A DNA stretch of 55,866 nt, taken from NCBI GenBank assembly GCA_963541565.1, contig CAUTUJ010000001.1, forward strand, positions 1-55,866, written 5' to 3'. Shown piece after piece: positions 48,910-55,866 of this stretch. Position 1 is the stretch's first letter, and every line of letters begins with the position of its first letter. The DNA is from an uncultured Acholeplasmataceae bacterium (GTDB lineage Bacteria > Bacillota_I > Bacilli_A > Acholeplasmatales > Acholeplasmataceae). The translations under genes were made by a program, and so were the position numbers. The notes beneath the pieces were generated by a model. That model worked only from the letters and a program-made list of their open reading frames with translations, searched no databases and was not told the origin of the DNA.

Positions 48910-50187
48910 TTAGTCTTTTAGGCAGCCAAGCGGACAGACAATTACTCCGTCTTCACGAGTATATGCTAAGCTAGTAGTTGTGACTACCATTAAGAAACTT
49001 GGTTCTTTCATTTTAGGCGAAAGCAATGATTTTAATTTAAGTAAGTTTTTAGCGCCCTCTTCAATTCTAACGCTGTTTCCTATTTTTACTTCAATTAAGC
49101 CAAACTCTCCGTTGTCTAGACACACAACTGCATCGCATTCAAGCCTGTTTTTATCACGGTAGTGATAAACTTTTCCGTTTAGTCTCTCTGCATATATTTT
49201 AAGGTCGCGAACCGCAAGGTCTTCAAAAAGCATACCAAAAGTTTTTAGGTCATTTAAAAGAGAACCTGGCCCTAGTTCTAAGGCCCTGGCTGCAATTGAG
49301 GGGCAAATAAAGTGTCTGGTAGGTGCAGTTCTAATTGCGGTTTTGCTACGTAAGTTTGGGTTCCAGGCCTGAATGTCTTCAATAATAAAGTTTTCTTTAA
49401 ATAACTCTAAATAAGAAAGGACAGTAACGTTAGATATAGAAAGGTTATCATTTTCTTTAATATCGTCTATTAAAGTTTTAATTGAACATTGGCTTGAGAT
49501 GTTTCTAGCATATGACTTTAATGTTTTTGTCAGTTTTTGTCTGTCTCTAAAAAGATTTTTGTCTTTTAAGAGGTCACTTTGAATTAGTTGTTCAAAGTAG
49601 TCTTTTGAGATCTCTAAGGCAATTTCTTTTGAAACGCCTACACTTTGTGGCCAGCCACCACGACAAATTAAGTAGCAGTAGTCTAGAAACGTTAGTTTAG
49701 ATTCTTGGGCTATGATTTTCTTGCCTAAAAAAAGTTCATTTAGACTAACTCCGCCAGTACTGTCTAGAGACTCATATAAAGACATAGGCCGCATAACTAA
49801 TGTTGTTATCCTACCCACACCTGAATGCATTATTTGTGCTTTTTCTTTTTGCATTAAAGGCGTGGAAGAGCCTGTTAATATGAATTGGCCAAATTTGCCT
49901 CTTTTGTCTACTTCTGTTCTAATTTCATCCCAAATAAAAGGAATTTCTTGCCATTCATCTATTAGAAGCGGTGGTTTTTTTGCCAAAAAAGCCTCTGGTT
50001 CGGTTCTTGCCAGTTCAATGTTTTGAGCCTTGTTTTTGTTTGTTTGCATATAGATAACGCTATTGGCAAACTTCAAGGCTGTAGTTGACTTTCCACACCA
50101 TTTAGGTCCTTTGATTAAAAGGGCACCACAGCTTGCCAATTTATCTTGAATTTTTTTCTCAATTATACGATTTAGATATTTTTCCAT
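48910..50187 (-). CDS. AAA+ ATPase of the AAA_14/DUF4143 type, paralogue 2
   Basis: Walker A GPKWCGKST, Walker B LLIDEWQ, and C-terminal YHYRD..ECDAVV..LIEVKIG. Start taken as ATG 50187 (MEKYLN). Confidence 0.8.
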   Translation of the reverse strand: MEKYLNRIIEKKIQDKLASCGALLIKGPKWCGKSTTALKFANSVIYMQTNKNKAQNIELARTEPEAFLAKKPPLLIDEWQEIPFIWDEIRTEVDKRGKFGQFILTGSSTPLMQKEKAQIMHSGVGRITTLVMRPMSLYESLDSTGGVSLNELFLGKKIIAQESKLTFLDYCYLICRGGWPQSVGVSKEIALEISKDYFEQLIQSDLLKDKNLFRDRQKLTKTLKSYARNISSQCSIKTLIDDIKENDNLSISNVTVLSYLELFKENFIIEDIQAWNPNLRSKTAIRTAPTRHFICPSIAARALELGPGSLLNDLKTFGMLFEDLAVRDLKIYAERLNGKVYHYRDKNRLECDAVVCLDNGEFGLIEVKIGNSVRIEEGAKNLLKLKSLLSPKMKEPSFLMVVTTTSLAYTREDGVIVCPLGCLKD

Positions 50188-50239
50188 ATGCACACCCACG
50201 CATATAGTTTAATATAAAAACTTTATCTAATCAAGTTAT

Positions 50240-50299
50240 TTTATAATTTGGCTTTATTTCACTTTATAATTTGGCTTACTCCTACTTGGCAATTTGGCG
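50240..50299. repeat. Direct repeats in the promoter region of paralogue 2
   Basis: TTTATAATTTGGCTT occurs at 50240..50254 and again identically at 50263..50277, with the related TTGGCAATTTGGCG at 50286..50299. On the minus strand this reads TTGCCA-18-TATAAA. Confidence 0.6.
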
Positions 50300-50328
50300 T
50301 TTTTCTCTCAATATATTACTCTGATTTA

Positions 50329-51561
50329 TTAAAAATCTAAATTGTTTTTTATAAACTCAATTAAATTTATATGTTTTATCCCGTTTCTTTTTTGTTCTAA
50401 ATAATCTAAAGTCGCTACATATTTAGGGAAATTGTCTTTGATTTTTTCAAGTGGCGCATACTCTCTATTTTCAGTTTCCAAGTTCGCCAAAATAGTGTAA
50501 GCAACCTGAATGTAGGCGTAATTATTCTCTAAGTCTCTTAATATGAAATCGCACTCAAGCAGACCAATTCTCCCAACACTTACTGAGTATCCTTTACTCC
50601 TTGCAAAGACAAAAACGATATTTTCAAGACTGGGACCGAAGTTTATTCTATTGTCTGTATTTAAAGCATAGTAAAAACTCAAGTCCGCTAAATAATATTT
50701 CTTTTCGCCTTTTAAGTATTGTTTGGATTTCATGTCAAATCTGTTGCATTCATAGAGAATTTTTGCATCAATTAAAATTTGAATGTATCTAGAAACTGTT
50801 TCTATCGTAATTGAGTAGCCTGCTTTTTTTAAATTTTTGGTTATATTGTTTAAACTAACGGTTGCACCAAAATTGTTAATAATATAATTTTTAACAATTT
50901 CAAATGTCGCTTGGTTTTTAATTTTTACTCTTCTTTTTATGTCTTTTTCAAAAATTTCTTTAACTAAGCTTACGATGTAGTTCTTTTTATCTTCAGCATT
51001 TTCAAAAAACAAAGAACGCGGGAAACCACCGCTTACTATGTATTCGTTTAGTTCAAGCGTTAAGTCTGATTTGGTTGAAATTGAGTAGAATTTCTTCATT
51101 TCTAAATACTCATCAAAAGTTAAGGGAAAAATTTCAAACTCAATATACCTACCGGTTAATTTAGTTATAAGTTCACCAGAAAGTAAATATGAGTTTGAAC
51201 CCGTAATAAAAATGGAATAGTCGCCTTCTTCTCTAAATGAATTTATTACTGGTTCAAAATCTTTAACATTTTGAATTTCGTCTATAAATAAATATTTATT
51301 GCCTTTGATATTTTTAGTGCTAGACTCAATTAAACTTTCAAGGTCCTTGGCAGTCTTGATATTTTTATATCCTCTTTTGTCTAAATTGATGTAAATGATA
51401 TTAGCGCTGTTGATGCCTTTTAGAGCTAGTTCATTTGAAATTGTTTCCATCAGTGTGGATTTGCCTGAGCGTCTAATTCCAGTGATTACTTTTATCAAAT
51501 CGTTTGCAAAATAAAAGCCCCTGATTTTAGATAAATACTTCTCTCTTTTAAAAATTTTCAT
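50329..51561 (-). CDS. AAA+ ATPase of the AAA_14/DUF4143 type, paralogue 3 (C-terminal E-x-K degenerate)
   Basis: Walker A GIRRSGKST and Walker B LFIDEIQ. The C-terminal ECDFIL..YIQVAYT has Q-V-A where the other two paralogues have E-x-K. Confidence 0.8.
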   Translation of the reverse strand: MKIFKREKYLSKIRGFYFANDLIKVITGIRRSGKSTLMETISNELALKGINSANIIYINLDKRGYKNIKTAKDLESLIESSTKNIKGNKYLFIDEIQNVKDFEPVINSFREEGDYSIFITGSNSYLLSGELITKLTGRYIEFEIFPLTFDEYLEMKKFYSISTKSDLTLELNEYIVSGGFPRSLFFENAEDKKNYIVSLVKEIFEKDIKRRVKIKNQATFEIVKNYIINNFGATVSLNNITKNLKKAGYSITIETVSRYIQILIDAKILYECNRFDMKSKQYLKGEKKYYLADLSFYYALNTDNRINFGPSLENIVFVFARSKGYSVSVGRIGLLECDFILRDLENNYAYIQVAYTILANLETENREYAPLEKIKDNFPKYVATLDYLEQKRNGIKHINLIEFIKNNLDF

Positions 51562-51585
51562 AAAATCTATTTTCCTCTCAGGTAA

Positions 51586-51622
51586 ATTTTATTGTATATA
51601 CGCGTTAAAATCAAGTTAACGC
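51586..51622 (-). promoter_or_regulatory. Promoter of paralogue 3 with an inverted repeat flanking the -35
   Basis: On the minus strand, TTGATT (51614..51609), a 17-nt spacer, then TAAAAT (51591..51586). The pair GCGTTAA (51602..51608) / TTAACGC (51616..51622) flanks the -35, and a third GCGTTAA lies at 51654. Confidence 0.5.
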
Positions 51623-51883
51623 TGAATATTTTAAAAAAAATTAAAAATATCTAGCGTTAAACTTTATTTAACTAATAAAAACGCAGTGAGATTCGCAACT
51701 TTTCAGGTTGTGCTAATCACATAAAGGTTTAAGTAAATTCCCTAAATGTGGTGTCTTTGAAAAGGGTTGTAAGTAGCAACCCGAAACTCACTAAAATGAA
51801 ACAATTTGAAATTAAGCAACTGTGCTCAAAAATATAGCCTTAATTTGTTACCGCACAAAATGATAGGTTGATGATACTTTTAA

Positions 51884-51997
51884 ACATCTAAACTCATAAA
51901 ACTCAAGCAATATTTTTCAGCACTTTATTGGTATTTTTAACTAAATCTTGTTTTATGTTTTCAAGGGACATTACGAGGGACATTACGAGGGACATTT
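51884..51997 (-). pseudogene. 3' relic of a second AlbA_2-type gene (C-terminal fragment only)
   Basis: The minus-strand DNA ATGTCCCTCGTAATGTCCCTCGTAATGTCCCTTGAAAACATAAAACAAGATTTAG... aligns with 52451..52380 of the neighbouring gene. It has in-frame stops and no upstream counterpart. Confidence 0.6.
51965..51996. repeat. 12-nt tandem repeat GGGACATTACGA x2.7
   Basis: Read directly: copies at 51965..51976 and 51977..51988, and a partial copy at 51989..51996. Confidence 0.95.
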
Positions 51998-52171
51998 TAT
52001 TCGGCACACGATACGTTTAAATTTTTACCTTTATAGCTTTTATTTTTTAAGAAAAATTTTTTAACTCGGAAACACTTTTACATAATAATGTATTTTTTTA
52101 ATACATTGTGTAAGTTCGCAAATAATTATTATTCAAGCAAATACAACATCATTAAAATTTTAAATAATTAT

Positions 52172-52195
52172 AAAAAGGCCGAAAAAGGCCTTTTT
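52172..52195. terminator. Bidirectional terminator downstream of the AlbA_2-like gene
   Basis: AAAAAGGCC / GGCCTTTTT stem with a 6-nt loop. Confidence 0.7.
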
Positions 52196-52223
52196 ATATC
52201 TATATTTATTTAAATTTCAGCGT

Positions 52224-53652
52224 TTAGTGATTATTTTTTGTTTGGTCAATTAGTTCCCAATGTCCGTTTTTACCTCTACCAATATATTTAATATCAGTAA
52301 TTTCTTTTATATACCTAGTAATTGTTTTCTCACTAACCCCTAAGATAAGTGCGATATTTTTACGGCTTACTTTGATGTCATTTTTAATTATATTTTTTAT
52401 TTTATTTTCAATTTTTAGAGGGACATTTCGAGGGACATTTCGAGGGACATTATCCATAACTGGACCTACCTTTTGGGTTGCTATTTTCTTTAGTGGAATT
52501 GTTGTTTTAAAAATATTTTCTTCAACAAAAAGCGGATTTTTTCCTGAATAAAGTTGTGTGTATTTATAGGTATTTCTCATTCCAGAACCTAGCTCATCAG
52601 CAAGCCCAATTTCTCTAAAAACTTTTGATATAGGTGGATTTTTAGGAAATGGTTTGAACTTGTGTAAGTCTAAGGCTCCCAGTTCGTGTGGCAAGTTGCT
52701 ATTTTCAATCACAATTTTCTCATCATCAATAATCATTTTTGCAGGAAAACCACTTGCATAGTCTCGGTGAGCTAAAGTATTTGAAACTATTTCTCTAAGA
52801 ATCCTATCTCTTACGTTGACATTGAAAATCCCGTCTAAAACAAATAAGTCATTTAAATGTTTTCGGCCAAAGTTCATAAGTCTTTCATAACTGTCAATTA
52901 AGTTTGTTATGACGACATCTCTGTCGTCATATCTATCTTTATTTTCAACTCTAAAAATAGCATCAGTTTTATGTTGAGGAAGAACAGACATTATTGAGTT
53001 ATCTTTACCAAATAAAAGAATAGCAGCCAAAGTAATTCCTTCACGTTTAGTTTCTGGGTCTGTTAAAATTAAACCACTGCTTCGTAAAAGTTCTTCGTCG
53101 CTCATAGTCTTCCAAACATGGTCTTTATTGCGTGCGACAGCCATTTTCCTTGCTTTTTTAATAATAGAAGCATTTAGAAAGTCAATATCTAGATTAGGGT
53201 ATACTTTATTTACAAAATATTCCCGTCTTTTTAGCGAATATAATTTGTAGATTGCTTCAGAATTGTTTGAGATGTTAATATCACCATCAAACGACCTATC
53301 CCAGATTTTACCGTTTTGATTGCACACTTGTGTGCCTTCTGGTACTCTGATATAAATTATTTTTTTATTTTCTATGGTGAAAACTTCTGGTTGTAGATAA
53401 AGAGGTGGGTTTATTTTTGTGGGTTGTTTACAGTAGTTGTAAACTCTTTAATTAGTTTATCTACTTTCTCTGGACTTACACCAATGATTTCTTTTTATCG
53501 TTTACTCCTAACAAAATATGCCCGCCAGTTCTGTTGTTGAAAGAACACACAGAATCAAAAACATTTTTAGTTAGGGAATCCTTTGATTCTTTAAATTCAA
53601 CGTCTATCTTTTCTCCATTTTGAATTAATTTCTTTATTTCTTCTATTGCCAT
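52224..53652 (-). pseudogene. AlbA_2 (Schlafen-like) + HATPase_c_4 + C-terminal wHTH protein, disrupted by two frameshifts
   Basis: ATG 53652 gives MAIEEIKKLIQNGEKIDVEFKES...GGHILLGVNDKK, after which the frame is lost at an A5 run (53492..53496). The next frame reads EIIGVSPEKVDKLIKEFTTTVNNPQK and is lost at a second A5 run (53414..53418). The third frame is the 367-aa track ORF. Adding one A at each site gives a 476-aa ORF. Confidence 0.8.
52420..52451. repeat. 12-nt tandem repeat GGGACATTTCGA x2.7 inside the AlbA_2-like CDS
   Basis: Copies at 52420..52431 and 52432..52443, and a partial copy at 52444..52451. It encodes NVPRNVPRNVP on the minus strand. Confidence 0.95.
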
Positions 53653-53849
53653 ATTTTTATTAACCTTTCTTTATTTACCAATACTTCTTTGACAAAAGTA
53701 TTAGAATTTTGAATTTCTACTTTATCCTTGTTTACTACAAAAGCAACGTAGTCACCGTTTTCCAAATTCAAAAGTTCTCTGATTATTTTCGGAATAGTTA
53801 CCCGCCCTTTAGACATTACTTTTGCGGTATCAATATATACATCGTTCAC
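53643..53849 (-). CDS. AbrB/SpoVT-like (MazE-type swapped-hairpin) DNA-binding protein
   Basis: KGRVTIPKIIRELLNLENGDYVAFVVNKDKVEI pattern. The GTG start lies 7 nt after AGGAGGG. The stop overlaps the ATG of the downstream gene by 10 nt (ATGGCAATAG). Confidence 0.75.
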   Translation of the reverse strand: MNDVYIDTAKVMSKGRVTIPKIIRELLNLENGDYVAFVVNKDKVEIQNSNTFVKEVLVNKERLIKIWQ

Positions 53850-54122
53850 AGTAGTTCCCTCCTACTTTTCCTACAAATGTTTTAGCATTATTGAATTTTA
53901 TTGTCATTTTTTAATTCTTGTGCTTTACTTTTGTCGTAAGCTTAATTTGCAAAATTTTAAAATCATTGTGCATTTAAAAAAAAATAGCTAAATAAATCAA
54001 CACACAGTTGTTGGATGTTCAAATCAAAATAAAACTGTTTTATTATAAAAAAACAACCTTAAAAATTTTTAGATAAAACGAAAAAATATAGAGTATATAA
54101 ATTACAAAACAGCGACACAAAG

Positions 54123-54160
54123 CGGTTTTGTAATTTAGCAAAACCGTTTTTTTTTTTTTT
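54123..54160 (+). terminator. Strong intrinsic-terminator-like element with no upstream plus-strand gene
   Basis: CGGTTTTG (54123..54130) / CAAAACCG (54139..54146) with an 8-nt loop, followed by T14 (54147..54160). Confidence 0.6.
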
Positions 54161-54386
54161 GAGGCTTTTTTGTATATCACTACATATACACTGATATAGC
54201 AATTAACATTTTTTGATAAAAAATATATACTTTTTTTATTGCAAAATATCCTAACTAGCGCATTATTTAAGAAATCCTATTGAAAGCGCAGTAAAACAAA
54301 AAATCAAAGCTCTACGTGTCTATATAATATAGGTGTGTAAGACTAATTCAATTTAGTCTTTACCTTAACCAAAAGGAGTAAAACAT

Positions 54387-55866
54387 ATGCATATCAAAAA
54401 AAGAACTGGATATTTAATATCTGCCATAATGCTACTTACTTTGACTTTAATCACTCTGTTTTTAATCTTTTTGTTTATGCACCCCACAGTTTATTTTTCT
54501 GAAGCCAGCGGCTTTTCTCAACACGACGGTGTTAAAGCAGGCAAATATAAACTGCGTTTAGTGGTGCCAGAAACTGTAGATACCACTAAGTCTACCTACA
54601 TTTCTGTTAAACAAGAATGGTTTGAAACTAGCAGAATGGGCAAGATTACTGGCATCAAAGCCAAACAAGGTAAGCACCTGGCGCTTGACTTTACAGACCG
54701 TGAATACAACCGTGAAGTCTTTACAATTTACACCAAAAACTGGTTTGGAATTAAAAGAGAACACGACGTAATTGTAGATTACTCTAACTTTCTTCGTGTC
54801 TTTTTCCCAGAATCACAAGACGGTGTTGCTCCGCGCAAACCTGTAATTTTGCCATACTCAAAATTACAAACCGAATATAAACACATCTACGAAGAACTAT
54901 ACAAAATGAAAGGTTTTGTGGCGTTTGACGAAAAAGGTCAGGCAAGTGGACAACCTGTAAGTAAAGAAGAAGTGTTTGTAAAAGAAAACGCGCGCGGCCG
55001 TGCGTTTATTGTTAACAACAACACACACATTTCTTTGGTTTATGATTTTGTGCTACCTGGTATCTTTAAAAACCAAGCGCAAAAAACCCAAGTTTATGAC
55101 TTGGTTGAAAAAGTAATGGGCAAGGCTAGAACTCTTGACCCTGAAAGTCAAGGTCTGGAAATTAAGTTAAATACACCACCTTTCTATATTTCTAAGTTCC
55201 TTGGTTGGTACTACATTGACCCAGTTGGCAACCGAGTTGACCTAAAGCCAGGTGAAGAGTTTTTAATCCCACAATGGGTGAAATCCGAACTTAGACTAAT
55301 TGCTAAATACGACATCACTACCGATACCGACAAAATAGGTCCTGAATTAGATAAACAAGGTTTGGTTGCAGTTTCTTACTTTGACGGCGCCGAACGCGTG
55401 TTTTTTGACATTGTCAAAAAAGGCAGTCCGCTAAAAGAGCACGTTTATCAAAAGCCTGGATATACTTACGAAGGCTGGTATAGAGACAGTTCGCTAACCG
55501 AAAAAGTAAACTTTGCTTACGAAGTTGCAAGTAGCCACACTGTTCTTTACTTAAAGTCTATTAAGCAAAATCAGCCACAGCCAGAAAAGCCAGTTAAGTA
55601 CCACACTGTAAACTTTATTACACCAAGTGACGCTAATCAATTACTTTCAACAAAGCGTGCACACGGACAAAAACTAGAGACTAACTACTTAACTCCATCA
55701 CTTGTCTCTAGACTAGACGAACATGGAAACCTTTGGGAACTTGACTACTGGAATTTAGTAGACCCAATTACTGGCGCTAGAACTAGATTTGATTTCAATA
55801 CTCCGATTACCGAAGACATCACGCTTGAGGCTGTGATGAGAAAACGAATACCACTTACTACTAAAT
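54387..55866 (+). CDS. Membrane-anchored surface protein with Listeria/Bacteroides (InlB B-type) repeats; 3' end lies outside the window
   Basis: Hand translation shows the frame open from ATG 54387 (AAAGGAG SD) to the window end, about 493 codons. There is an N-terminal TM segment (YLISAIMLLTLTLITLFLIFLF). Motifs include PGYTYEGWYRDSSLTEKVNF, FLGWYYIDPVG and RFDFNTPITEDITLEAV. It is not in the ORF track. Confidence 0.75.
   Translation, partial: MHIKKRTGYLISAIMLLTLTLITLFLIFLFMHPTVYFSEASGFSQHDGVKAGKYKLRLVVPETVDTTKSTYISVKQEWFETSRMGKITGIKAKQGKHLALDFTDREYNREVFTIYTKNWFGIKREHDVIVDYSNFLRVFFPESQDGVAPRKPVILPYSKLQTEYKHIYEELYKMKGFVAFDEKGQASGQPVSKEEVFVKENARGRAFIVNNNTHISLVYDFVLPGIFKNQAQKTQVYDLVEKVMGKARTLDPESQGLEIKLNTPPFYISKFLGWYYIDPVGNRVDLKPGEEFLIPQWVKSELRLIAKYDITTDTDKIGPELDKQGLVAVSYFDGAERVFFDIVKKGSPLKEHVYQKPGYTYEGWYRDSSLTEKVNFAYEVASSHTVLYLKSIKQNQPQPEKPVKYHTVNFITPSDANQLLSTKRAHGQKLETNYLTPSLVSRLDEHGNLWELDYWNLVDPITGARTRFDFNTPITEDITLEAVMRKRIPLTTK

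Noticed and set aside
51965-52451. Could the 12-nt repeats be a miniature CRISPR array or an integron/attC-like site?
   Set aside because: The repeats are directly tandem with no spacers and have only 2.7 copies each. One set is in-frame coding sequence, and no cas or integrase genes are nearby.

Overview
AT-rich bacterial chromosome segment centred on the replication origin. The layout is jag/khpB-yidC-rnpA-rpmH (minus strand) | DnaA-box cluster | dnaA | second DnaA-box cluster with a DnaA-trio-like, AT-rich stretch | dnaN-gyrB-gyrA-serS (plus strand). Gene content and order resemble a wall-less Firmicute relative, probably Acholeplasma-like. Long conserved genes are intact with TGA used as a stop (table 11, not the Mycoplasma code). 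The window also holds a sufCDSUB operon, MEP-pathway genes (ispG, ispE), several lipobox proteins and a membrane-anchored nuclease. Other housekeeping genes are tuf (partial), pgk/tpiA, cysS, trpS, tyrS, asnS, serS, rlmB, cca, rnmV-rsmA-ispE, rpsD, and an rpmG (L33) gene too small for the ORF track. No rRNA, tRNA, CRISPR array, transposase or integrase was recognised. The least ordinary part is 46.0-54.4 kb. After ispE the conserved synteny ends in a patchwork of stand-alone accessory genes. These are a class II-type Fic protein under a doubly palindromic promoter, an orphan RelB/DinJ antitoxin, and two tandem AAA_14/DUF4143 ATPases (a third paralogue lies at 15.3 kb). There is also a 3' gene relic, and an AbrB-like gene translationally coupled to an AlbA_2/Schlafen-like gene broken by two 1-nt deletions. 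Long non-coding gaps here carry tandem repeats, a multi-helix element and a hairpin followed by T14. Other notable points are a SigH-like sigma factor and a ComK-like ORF bracketing the suf operon, an XRE-cupin regulator inserted between pgk and tpiA, and a cre-type operator over the promoter of a large repeat lipoprotein. All functional calls come from reading the translations by eye; no database search was possible.
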